NCBI GenBank assembly: GCA_015065335.1
Contig: SVQM01000003.1
Location: forward strand, 1 to 46,459
Direction of reading: 5' to 3'
DNA length: 46,459 nt
From: Oscillospiraceae bacterium
Lineage (GTDB): Bacteria > Bacillota > Clostridia > Oscillospirales > CAG-272
How positions within the stretch are numbered: position 1 is the first letter of the stretch; each line of letters opens with the position of its first letter. This document shows, piece by piece, positions 8,901 through 16,707 of this stretch. The notes under the pieces were generated by a model. It saw nothing but the letters and a program-made list of their open reading frames with translations, did not search any database and was not told where the DNA came from. The position numbers were made by a program, and so were the translations under genes.

Positions 8901-9420
8901 CTGAACCGCCGTAAGTTTGCGGACCGATAAGATGGTTTGCAAATGAGGTGTAGCCAACATCGGCCATGTGCAGCATGGCACTGTTAAGCACACATCTGAT
9001 ACCATCCCACAGAAGTCCAAAGGGGTTTGATGAGAGCATAGCCAAAACGCCTACGCCGAGTGCAGCACCGAGGATGGGAACAAATATCCTTGTTCGGGAA
9101 TTCCATGCGGAGGCTGAGCATATGAGCGTCAGTACCAACGAAACAAGGGCAAGGACAGGAATATTTCCCGGCCTTCCGTCACCGTATATTCCGAATCCGT
9201 CACCGACGAACAGTGTCAGTCCGAATATACCGCAGAAGAGTACAAGGGAACGAAGAACCCAGCCTATGATATACAAAGGGGAGGACATTTCCGCACCCGG
9301 ACGGCAAAGTATGGGAAGCATTGGACTATCTTTTTTGGAGCGTTTTATCCCTTTTGCCGACAGGCGTTTCTTCTGAACCTTTTTTTCATGCCCTTTCTTT
9401 TTATTTAATATGTTTTTCAT
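5965..9420 (-). CDS. Membrane-anchored transglutaminase-like protein (MoxR operon partner)
   Basis: N-terminal TM helices, a Lys/Ala-rich loop, catalytic motifs GYCTHFATA, GYSVRYCEGY and AHSWIEVY...GWVAYET, a Pro/Glu linker and a C-terminal TM helix. Confidence 0.85.
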   Translation of the reverse strand: MKNILNKKKGHEKKVQKKRLSAKGIKRSKKDSPMLPILCRPGAEMSSPLYIIGWVLRSLVLFCGIFGLTLFVGDGFGIYGDGRPGNIPVLALVSLVLTLICSASAWNSRTRIFVPILGAALGVGVLAMLSSNPFGLLWDGIRCVLNSAMLHMADVGYTSFANHLIGPQTYGGSDTLVMGVGCAVLAAIIAVILAISLLRKVHTFSAVLLSIVVILPVFMYNLTEGNAGVSMVLIFIFGELSLLLYERKFSNYEALKLEKKTKKAAKKKAKKDKKLEKKAKKVALDKAASRAYAIAIELTGDKKEARRAKAAVYQLDKDKKKAAKKAAAAAKKDEKKKARAAKKAARKTAKAEKKAAKKALAKERAEFKNLSPDEQARRLNLKKEDKKKKSDAAKEKRRKRNEAETATRKTLSASGYASGTAILIAALAVWLPFSAITGNFVTIDFINDPVSIAREYVTAYLRGDDIDLNNMGDIAELTPRTLTYDSPKYKQIQMLAVETERPDPVYLRGWIGMRFDAASGKWTSGTTDDVVEYRTEFGKTFTPDILKTYFLGNMFPTSTLIKETNPILRFADYGFDVRQIHLRRINGESLIVYVPPTLNSDLGILGYDSLKKNDARYSAYFDAIYSSRFFKQNVNYSAISFMSKLNDPDVADGLSGSADYFNLYVKYINVYEEARKVLESQSQNNMRDYDTGRGTVRISMSDYSDIDRLFLEECKRLGYPELTGDSLLAKYMALEPDEQKKEKEEINKFLETEEAYCEWAYLKYSSSVYSDSVTSIAEELLAEAGYKRNTKLRDVIPVYEDLRGNEVDQHDVVMTVINYLKDNYTYTLEPAPYNGEVPMTVLDSFLTETKNGYCTHFATAAATLLREYGYSVRYCEGYLVTDFELNYADGAPAKYKGYALDENAHSWIEVYYPLYGWVAYETVPEFMDQMYKPIQSVEGNGGEIADPTPDIPLTPEEPTDPKPETPPEEEPKPEEPEIPVEEEPEEEPVDQMLILMITGIVIAVSIVIFFIARFIIKRIMKKAENVVADRHRHIIMAMDTELLMTGKVDTLPIAREFDDTIFRLFGLLGYPPKTGEQYSDYAERLEDDFGGMTDYSLDQIFSLVAKVEFGGGLTPEEMYILADFTDRLTVSAYAGLSRFERIKYRYIKRII

Positions 9421-9456
9421 TATTTAATTCATGCCTTTCAGTTTTACAATACAGAC

Positions 9457-11130
9457 TTATACAGCAGATGTAAAACGTAGATTTCCGTCGTTTCCGTTTT
9501 CGACGGAGATCTGCCTCATACTGACACCGCTTCGTGAAAGCTCTTCGCTCATTGCCTGTGCGGCGATACCCTTGTCGGATATGCTTTTCCAAAGATCGGA
9601 AGGATCGGAAAGAAGTACTTCAGCGGTACATCCGGAGCCTGCTCCGCCGAAAGCGGCGGGGATTGCGGCAAATACAGCGGCAGAGTTTATATCTGTGTTC
9701 GCCGTAACCATTCGGATAGTCATTCCTGCGGACTGTTCTATGAGCATAGCAAGCTCTGAGAATGCCTCTTTATTTCGACAAACAGGAGCAGTGAAGAAAC
9801 GGATCAATGATGGATCCTCGGGAATATCATTTGCACTTGAAAGTAAACCAAGTCCATTATCATTTCTGGGATCGGGATAAAGGATCGTACATTCGGCACC
9901 TCTCGACACCTCGTATCTCATAACGGAGAGTGCAAGCTCGATTGTACTGTCGGCGCAAAGCTCTCCTGCAAAGGGAAGACTTTCCTTATTAAAAGGAGAG
10001 TGAGATTCACCGCCCCTTCCGGAGTTTTCATCTTCTCCGATGATCATAGCAAGCTTTGCAATGCGCATTGATGCGGCCTTTTCACGAAGCTTGGCACCCT
10101 TACGAGTGGCGAGCAGTTCGACAGGAATTTCACTTGTATCATCAAGAGTATCAAGTGCCGAAATGTGCTCAGGTGTTACCCCGAGAGCAGTAAGACGCTC
10201 CTCAGTGTTTCTTGAATCTATCTTGCGTGCGGCTTCTCCACCTGCATCACCGACAGATTTTGCTGATGCAACACCTGCGCTCTGAGATGCTTTTCCACGG
10301 CGTCGTTTAGTCTTCTTTTTTGCCTTTGATGATTTTTCATTTGTCTGCTTATCCTCGTCGTTATCAATACCGGCAAAGGAAAGATCACACAGAATATATG
10401 TATGCTTATCTGTATTTGATGAAAAATTCTTGACCTGAAGCTCCTCGGACTTTGATGAGAGCTTCCAGTGGATGTTTTTCATGGAATCTCCGGGGATGTA
10501 GTTGCGGATGTCGGAAGGCTCCGCCTGTTCCGGGGAAACAGCACGCTTTGTAACAGATGTAGGCAGATCAGTCTCGGAGTGAGATGAATCTGCTGACATA
10601 ATAATATTTCTCGGATAAACGATAACTGTGCGGTGAAGCTCCAGCTTTAGCTCAGTTTTGAACAGACCGAAAAGATCACTTATGTGCATATACTTTACGC
10701 CGATATCGTAAGAGCCTCTAAGAGGGAAACTGACCTTGTTCTCGATGATGTGGCATCCCATGGGAAGAAGAGTAATGCGCAGCAACTCATCACGGCATAC
10801 AACGGCATTCTCCGAGGGGAGACTTACAATAGTTTCCACCAAGGGAAACGGAAGCGGGGTTTCATTGATTATTTTGATCTCATAAGCAACGGTCTGCCCT
10901 TTTTCCGCACGGGTATTGTCACATTCCGTGTATACCTTTATACCTGCTCGTGCAACAACAATGTATATGATCGAAAGTACAGGTATGAAAAGCAGGAATA
11001 TGAAAAGTATCGCAGAAGCGGGTGATCGAAGCGCCTGAGTGAAAACAAGACTCACGAGAAGCAGTATTAGGTAAACTATAGACCCCGGACGAAATGAAAT
11101 AAAACGGGGCTTTCTGTTCTTCTTTTTCAT
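9457..11130 (-). CDS. DUF58 domain protein
   Basis: Two N-terminal TM helices; RGSYDIG...SDLFGLF...VIVYPR and IRNYIPGDSMKNIHWKLSSK motifs; lies between MoxR and the transglutaminase. Confidence 0.88.
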   Translation of the reverse strand: MKKKNRKPRFISFRPGSIVYLILLLVSLVFTQALRSPASAILFIFLLFIPVLSIIYIVVARAGIKVYTECDNTRAEKGQTVAYEIKIINETPLPFPLVETIVSLPSENAVVCRDELLRITLLPMGCHIIENKVSFPLRGSYDIGVKYMHISDLFGLFKTELKLELHRTVIVYPRNIIMSADSSHSETDLPTSVTKRAVSPEQAEPSDIRNYIPGDSMKNIHWKLSSKSEELQVKNFSSNTDKHTYILCDLSFAGIDNDEDKQTNEKSSKAKKKTKRRRGKASQSAGVASAKSVGDAGGEAARKIDSRNTEERLTALGVTPEHISALDTLDDTSEIPVELLATRKGAKLREKAASMRIAKLAMIIGEDENSGRGGESHSPFNKESLPFAGELCADSTIELALSVMRYEVSRGAECTILYPDPRNDNGLGLLSSANDIPEDPSLIRFFTAPVCRNKEAFSELAMLIEQSAGMTIRMVTANTDINSAAVFAAIPAAFGGAGSGCTAEVLLSDPSDLWKSISDKGIAAQAMSEELSRSGVSMRQISVENGNDGNLRFTSAV

Positions 11131-11144
11131 ATGCAGGATCTCCG

Positions 11145-12101
11145 TCAGCGACCTGTTACATAAGGCACCTCAACAGAGGCAAGAATATCACGGAGAATAT
11201 CAGTCTTTGATTCACGGTTGATTCGTGCTTCCTGGCTGAGGATGATCCTGTGAGATATAGCGGGCAGGAACAGTGCCGATACATCCTCGGGGAGAACATA
11301 ATCACGTCCGTTTACGAATGCGTATGCTCTTGCAAGGCGCATGAGTGCAACAGAGGCACGTGGAGATGCACCAAGAGAGATAGAGGGGTTCTTACGTGTA
11401 GCGTGAATAAGAGAAACTATGTACTTGCATACGGCAACATCCATACGTATGCCTGCGGCAGCATCGATTATTTTCTTCATCATAGCAGCATCGGCAACAG
11501 CGGTAACGGAAGAAATGGGATTGCCCTCACGTCTGCCTGTTAGGATGGAAAGCTCTTCGGCTTCGGTGGGATAGCCCATGGAGAGACGGAGAGAGAAACG
11601 GTCGAGCTGTGCCTCAGGCAGGGGATATGTTCCCACATAACCGGAGGGGTTCTGGGTTGCAATAACGATAAAAGGAGAGGGAAGAGTATATGTCTTTCCG
11701 TCGACGGTAACGCTTCCTTCCTCCATCGCCTCGAGAAGTGCGGACTGAGTCTTGGGTGAAGCACGGTTGATCTCATCCGCAAGGAGGAGATTGCACATAG
11801 CAAGACCGTCACGGAACTCAAACTTGTCTGTAGCTCTGTTATACATATTAAAACCGGTGATGTCCGATGCCATTACGTCAGGGGTGAACTGAGCACGGTG
11901 GAAATCAAGTCCTGCCGCACGTGAGATCGCAGATACCATGGTAGTTTTACCGACGCCGGGAACGTCTTCGATGAGAACATGACCGCCTGCGATCATTGCG
12001 GAGAGGAGAAGTACGAGCTCAGCTCTCTTTCCGACGACGACCTTTTCGGTCTGCTCGATTATGGCGTCTACTCTGCTTTGGAGTTCACGAATGTCACTCA
12101 T
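11145..12101 (-). CDS. moxR: MoxR-family AAA+ ATPase
   Basis: Start MSDIRE (ATG 12101, RBS GAAAGGA). Walker A GHVLIEDVPGVGKT, QFTPDVMASDITG, Walker B LLADEINRASPKTQSALLEAM, and ATQNP...YPLPEAQLDRF. Confidence 0.95.
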   Translation of the reverse strand: MSDIRELQSRVDAIIEQTEKVVVGKRAELVLLLSAMIAGGHVLIEDVPGVGKTTMVSAISRAAGLDFHRAQFTPDVMASDITGFNMYNRATDKFEFRDGLAMCNLLLADEINRASPKTQSALLEAMEEGSVTVDGKTYTLPSPFIVIATQNPSGYVGTYPLPEAQLDRFSLRLSMGYPTEAEELSILTGRREGNPISSVTAVADAAMMKKIIDAAAGIRMDVAVCKYIVSLIHATRKNPSISLGASPRASVALMRLARAYAFVNGRDYVLPEDVSALFLPAISHRIILSQEARINRESKTDILRDILASVEVPYVTGR

Positions 12102-12173
12102 GGGTATAATCCTTTCATACTCTGTGAAAATAAATATATGGCTATGTTTGTGATAATTGACCATAACAAGAAT

Positions 12174-12210
12174 ATTTTATCACGAAATCTGTAAAAACGC
12201 AACAGATTTC
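12174..12210 (-). promoter_or_regulatory. Promoter of the moxR operon overlapped by a 9-9-9 inverted repeat
   Basis: TTGCGT-17 nt-TAAAAT (TGn extended) on the minus strand; GAAATCTGT (12184-12192) and ACAGATTTC (12202-12210) straddle the -35. Confidence 0.5.
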
Positions 12211-12272
12211 TTTAATATTGCATACGAGATGAGGAGTTTTAAAAAAAGTTTACATAATTTTTTAAATGGGTA

Positions 12273-12325
12273 TTGACATTGCGATGAAAAGATAGTAAAA
12301 TAAAATTAAGAACAATTCTTAATTT
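12273..12325 (+). promoter_or_regulatory. Sigma-A promoter of rubrerythrin with a downstream PerR/Fur-like palindrome
   Basis: TTGACA-17 nt-TAAAAT (12273-12301); AAATTAAGAA-CAA-TTCTTAATTT (12303-12325) covers the start site. Confidence 0.65.
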
Positions 12326-12346
12326 ATATACAGAAAGGGAAAATAA

Positions 12347-12883
12347 ATGAAAGAACTTAAGGGAACAAAGACCGAACAGAATCTGTGGGCAGCATTTGCC
12401 GGAGAGTCACAGGCACGTAATAAGTATACATATTACGCATCAAAGGCAAAGAAGGACGGATATCAGCAGATAGCGGCGCTTTTTGAGGAGACTGCCAATA
12501 ACGAGAAAGAGCACGCAAAGATGTGGTTCAAGCTTGTTCAGGGTATCGGCTCCACAATGGATAACCTTGCTGATGCGGCAAAGGGTGAGAATGACGAGTG
12601 GACCGATATGTATCCCGGCTTTGCAAAGGTAGCACGTGAGGAAGGCTTTGACGAGATCGCAATAATGTTTGAGGCTGTAGCGGCGATCGAGAAGACTCAC
12701 GAGGAGAGATACAAGGCACTGCTTGCGAATGTTGAGGGAGGACTTGTGTTCTCACGTGACGGAGATATGATCTGGGAGTGCCGTAACTGCGGACACATCC
12801 ACGTAGGAAAGGCAGCACCCGAGCTTTGCCCCGTGTGCGCTCATCCTCAGGCATATTTCCAGATAAAGAGCGAGAATTATTAA
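12347..12883 (+). CDS. rbr: Rubrerythrin
   Basis: [23 protein letters not shown], ExxH diiron motifs (NEKEHAK, IEKTHE) and a C-terminal rubredoxin-like CRNCG...CPVCAHP. Confidence 0.96.
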   Translation: MKELKGTKTEQNLWAAFAGESQARNKYTYYASKAKKDGYQQIAALFEETANNEKEHAKMWFKLVQGIGSTMDNLADAAKGENDEWTDMYPGFAKVAREEGFDEIAIMFEAVAAIEKTHEERYKALLANVEGGLVFSRDGDMIWECRNCGHIHVGKAAPELCPVCAHPQAYFQIKSENY

Positions 12884-12894
12884 GTGATACAAAG

Positions 12895-12927
12895 AAAGAG
12901 GCTACCGTGTGAAGCGGTAGCCTTTTT
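12895..12927. terminator. Likely bidirectional terminator between rbr and LRR-dockerin gene 2
   Basis: AGAGGCTACCG-TGTGAAG-CGGTAGCCTTT with A-rich and T-rich flanks. Confidence 0.75.
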
Positions 12928-12940
12928 GTGTTATAATAAG

Positions 12941-15226
12941 TTACTTAAGTATTACATCCCATTTTGCGATAAACTTGAGTATGAGAGATGCATCGGTAAG
13001 ATTCACCTTGCCGTCATCGTTTACATCGGCTACGTCAAGATCAAGGGTAACACTCCATTTCGCAATGTGCTTGAGTATCATTGATACGTCGGTCAGGTTG
13101 ATCTTTCCGTCACCGTTTGCATCACCGGGGAATGCGAGGGGCTTCAGTTGAGGAATAACAGAACCTGTGGTAACTGTTGTACCGCAATCGGTACAAACCC
13201 TGTCACCGGTGTAGCCGTTTTCGGTTTCGGTAGCTTCCTTCGCTCCGCGAAGCTCGACGTTCACATGATTTGAGCTGTCAAATTCACCGTATTCGTTTCC
13301 GCATGTGTCGCATACAGCCTTACTTACACAGGTGGCAATACCACCGGTATGAACTCCCGTTGCGGGAATGGGAGAAACAGTTGTATAGTTGCAGTAAACG
13401 CATATCAGATATGTATCCCAGCCATTTTCTGTACAGGTGGGGATTTTTGCATCCACCTCAACAAAGCCGTGCTTGTCGGGGTTGATCTCACCGTACTCAT
13501 TTCCGCATGTGTCGCATACAGCACGCTCGGTACATGTGGCAATACCGCCGGTATGGATTCCTGTTGCGGGGAGAGATACATAGTTGTTGTACTCACATTC
13601 AACACAGTAAACGTAATCTTTCCATCCATCCTCGGTACAAGTGGGTTCTTTGCCCTCAAACTGAACAAAGCTGTGCTTGTCGGAGTCGATCTCACCGTAC
13701 TCATTTCCGCATGTGTCGCATACAGCACGCTCGGTACATGTGGCAATACCACCGGTATGGATTCCTGTTGCGGGAATCATTTCATAAGTACTGTATTCGC
13801 AGTGGAGACACTCAGTGTAGCTGTTCCAGCCGAAATCAGTACATGTGGGTTCGCAACTGTCAAAATTGATCAGATAGTGTGTTGCAGGAATGATTTCACC
13901 ATATTCAATAACGGTGTCGCAATCGGTGCAGTATGTATCTCCCGTATAACCGTTGCTGTAACAATTCATATCCTGCTGATTTATAACGACTGTGTTCTGA
14001 TGCCCCGTTGCGGGAACGATCATTTCAAACTCAAATCCGCAGCTGCATGAAGCGGCAACGATTCCGTCAACGGTACAGCTTGGAAGGAGAATTGCGATGA
14101 ACAGGTAATGGGTATAGGGATCAAGAACACCGTAGTGGATATTTTCCACATAAGTATTCTCATCGATTTTTATATTTTTCCATGGTTCCCATTCCAATTC
14201 ATTTTTTGTTGCCTCGTAATATACATCGGTAAGATTTTCACAGCCGTAGAATGCACTCATTGCTATATAGGTCACAGATTTTGGAATAAATACGCTTTTG
14301 ATGCTTGTACAACCTGCAAAAGCATAGCCGCCAATGGATGTAACATCATCGGGGATAATCAGATCTGTCACAAGCTCTCCGTCAAGATAGAGCTCGGCAC
14401 CGTACTGGAGAGGACTGGTATCAGCACCTACTACTCCAAATCCGTTACACCAACCGGAAAGATCGCTTATGTATACTTTTTCTATACCGGTACATCCCTT
14501 GAACGCACCCATGCCTATCACGGTTACGCTTTCCGGTATAGTAATGCTTTTAAGGCTTGTACAGTTCGAGAAGGTATAGCTTCCGATGTATTCCAGACCG
14601 TCTCCGAGATATACCTCACTGAGATTTGTGCAACCGGAAAAACAACCGTAAAAGTAGTTTGAACCGAGGGTTTTAACACTGTCGGGGATCGTTACGTTCG
14701 TGAGGCTTGTACAGCCCGAGAATGCACCGATATCGATAAATGTGACACTGTCGGGGATAGTGACATTTGTGAGGCTTGTGCAACCACTGAAGGTGTTCTC
14801 CCCAATAGCAGTGATACTATTCGGTATTACTACACTTTTAAGGCTTACACAGTTTGAAAATACACTCTCTCCAATAAAAGTAACGCTGTCGGGTATCACT
14901 ATGCTTTTGAGACTTGTACAGCCCGAAAAAGCACCGTTGCCAATGGTTCTGACACTGCCCGGAATAGAGAAACCGGTAATTTTTGAAGCACTGAAATCAA
15001 ACGCATATGAATCAATAGCCGTTACGGGATATCCGCCAAGTGCAGAAGGTATTACGACATAACCTTCTACAGAAGGATAGACTTGTATGTTTGTTATTGT
15101 CGCCTCACCGTCAGATACGGAGTAGTAAAAGATTCCTTCTTTTTCATCCGCATTTGCGGCAAAGGGTATCATTGCAGAGACTATCACCACTGCCAGAAAT
15201 GCCGAGAGGATCCTCTTCAGTTTCAT
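12941..15226 (-). CDS. Secreted BspA-type LRR protein with tandem Cys/His-rich repeats and a C-terminal dockerin
   Basis: Start MKLKRILSAFLAV (ATG 15226, RBS AGGAGG) with signal peptide ending ANA-D. LRR units AFSGCTSLKSIVIPDSV, repeated HTGGIATCTERAVCDTCGNEYGE modules, and dockerin GDANGDGKINLTD / ADVNDDGKVNLTD. Confidence 0.9.
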   Translation of the reverse strand: MKLKRILSAFLAVVIVSAMIPFAANADEKEGIFYYSVSDGEATITNIQVYPSVEGYVVIPSALGGYPVTAIDSYAFDFSASKITGFSIPGSVRTIGNGAFSGCTSLKSIVIPDSVTFIGESVFSNCVSLKSVVIPNSITAIGENTFSGCTSLTNVTIPDSVTFIDIGAFSGCTSLTNVTIPDSVKTLGSNYFYGCFSGCTNLSEVYLGDGLEYIGSYTFSNCTSLKSITIPESVTVIGMGAFKGCTGIEKVYISDLSGWCNGFGVVGADTSPLQYGAELYLDGELVTDLIIPDDVTSIGGYAFAGCTSIKSVFIPKSVTYIAMSAFYGCENLTDVYYEATKNELEWEPWKNIKIDENTYVENIHYGVLDPYTHYLFIAILLPSCTVDGIVAASCSCGFEFEMIVPATGHQNTVVINQQDMNCYSNGYTGDTYCTDCDTVIEYGEIIPATHYLINFDSCEPTCTDFGWNSYTECLHCEYSTYEMIPATGIHTGGIATCTERAVCDTCGNEYGEIDSDKHSFVQFEGKEPTCTEDGWKDYVYCVECEYNNYVSLPATGIHTGGIATCTERAVCDTCGNEYGEINPDKHGFVEVDAKIPTCTENGWDTYLICVYCNYTTVSPIPATGVHTGGIATCVSKAVCDTCGNEYGEFDSSNHVNVELRGAKEATETENGYTGDRVCTDCGTTVTTGSVIPQLKPLAFPGDANGDGKINLTDVSMILKHIAKWSVTLDLDVADVNDDGKVNLTDASLILKFIAKWDVILK
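13280..13775 (-). repeat. Intragenic tandem repeat with a 204-nt (68-aa) period, about three units
   Basis: TCACCGTACTCATTTCCGCATGTGTCGCATACAGCACGCTCGGTACATGTGGCAATACC is identical at about 13488 and 13692; a diverged copy lies at about 13284. Confidence 0.85.
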
Positions 15227-15368
15227 GTTTTCTTCCTCCTGAAATAAAGTAAAATAATGCTGTGTGCATAAATATACACAATATATTATATCACTCACTT
15301 AATTGTTTGTAAATATTTTTTGTAAAACTTCAAAATTATATATTACTCCAAACTTCCAAAATCCCCCC

Positions 15369-15397
15369 TTGACAAAATCCGTGTAATATGTTAAAAT
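15369..15397 (+). promoter_or_regulatory. Sigma-A promoter of the pheST leader
   Basis: TTGACA-17 nt-TAAAAT with a TG extension. Confidence 0.75.
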
Positions 15398-15415
15398 TTC
15401 TTGTAATATAAATTT

Positions 15416-15640
15416 GCTGTGATGAAGACCGCTTATTACTGACAGTGCGGAAAAAGAGACCGATGCCTCGGCTGAAAGCATCGGCGCACAAGTGATCGGC
15501 ATTTCACTTCGGAGCATTGGGTATGCTTATGGCATTCCCACGGATGGTTTCGTTATCGACCGATGAGTGTTGGCTCACGCCGGAACTTGGGTGGTACCGC
15601 GATGCATTTGCACCGTCCCGAGATCTCGGCGGATTTTTTA
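15416..15640 (+). promoter_or_regulatory. T-box riboswitch with Phe (UUC) specifier
   Basis: Stem I with AGAGA and GGCTGAAA motifs, specifier TTC at 15503-15505 before the CTTCGGAGC closure, T-box AACTTGGGTGGTACCGCG (15584-15601), then a hairpin and T-run ahead of pheS. Confidence 0.92.
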
Positions 15641-15674
15641 TTTTGTAAATATTTTCAAAGGATAGGTAAAAGCT

Positions 15675-16688
15675 ATGAAGGAAAAACTGCTAAGCATCAA
15701 AGAAGCAGCTATGGCGGCTCTTAGTGCTCCCGACTGCGACATAGAGGCTATTCGTGTACAGTATCTGGGAAAAAAGGGCGAGCTTACCGCTGTGCTTCGC
15801 GGAATGGGTGCGCTCACTCCCGAGGAAAGACCTATAATCGGTCAGATGGCGAATGATGTTCGTGCCGAGATCGAGGAGGCTATCGCAAAGATGGGTGAGG
15901 CTGCAAAGTCTGCCCTTATCGAAAAGAAGCTCCGTGAGGAGAAGCTTGACGTAACTCAGCCCGGTATTCCCGTATCTGTAGGTCACAAGCATCTTCTTGC
16001 AAAGGTTCAGCACGACCTTGAGGATATCTTTATCGGAATGGGCTTTACCATTGCCGAGGGACCTGAGGTAGAGTACGACTATTACAACTTCCAGGCACTG
16101 AATATCCCTCCGGATCACCCCGCAAGAGATACTCAGGACACCTTCTATATCACTGATAATATCCTGCTCCGTTCACAGACCTCTCCCGTTCAGGCGAGAG
16201 TTATGGAGAATACCGAGCCTCCCATCCGCATCATCTCTCCCGGTCGTGTTTACCGTTCCGATGCAGTGGATGCTACTCATTCACCTCTGTTCCATCAGAT
16301 GGAGGGACTTGTAGTTGACAAGGGAATTACTATGGGTGACCTCAAGGGAACTCTTGAGATATTTGCACGTCATCTCTTCGGAGAGGACACAAAGGTTCGT
16401 TTCCGTCCCCATCATTTCCCATTTACCGAGCCTTCTGCTGAGGTAGATCTGTCCTGCTTCGCCTGCGGCGGCAAGGGATGCCGTCTCTGTAAGGGTGAGG
16501 GATGGATCGAGATCCTCGGTGCAGGTATGGTGCATCCTAACGTACTTCGTTGCTGTGGAATCGATCCCGAGGTCTACAGCGGATTTGCATTCGGTCTCGG
16601 AGTAGAGAGAGCCGCACTTCTCAAGTATCACATTGATGATATGCGTCTGCTCTATGAGAACGACGTGAGATTCCTCTCACAGTTTTAA
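15675..16688 (+). CDS. pheS: Phenylalanine--tRNA ligase alpha subunit
   Basis: [51 protein letters not shown] and [10 protein letters not shown] motifs. Confidence 0.98.
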   Translation: MKEKLLSIKEAAMAALSAPDCDIEAIRVQYLGKKGELTAVLRGMGALTPEERPIIGQMANDVRAEIEEAIAKMGEAAKSALIEKKLREEKLDVTQPGIPVSVGHKHLLAKVQHDLEDIFIGMGFTIAEGPEVEYDYYNFQALNIPPDHPARDTQDTFYITDNILLRSQTSPVQARVMENTEPPIRIISPGRVYRSDAVDATHSPLFHQMEGLVVDKGITMGDLKGTLEIFARHLFGEDTKVRFRPHHFPFTEPSAEVDLSCFACGGKGCRLCKGEGWIEILGAGMVHPNVLRCCGIDPEVYSGFAFGLGVERAALLKYHIDDMRLLYENDVRFLSQF

Positions 16689-16707
16689 GGGAAGGGGTAT
16701 TTGAATT

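Noticed and set aside
13280-13775. Near-identical repeats as a diversity-generating retroelement TR/VR pair
   Set aside because: Both copies are in-frame tandem units of one CDS, the differences are not adenine-specific, and there is no reverse transcriptase in the window.
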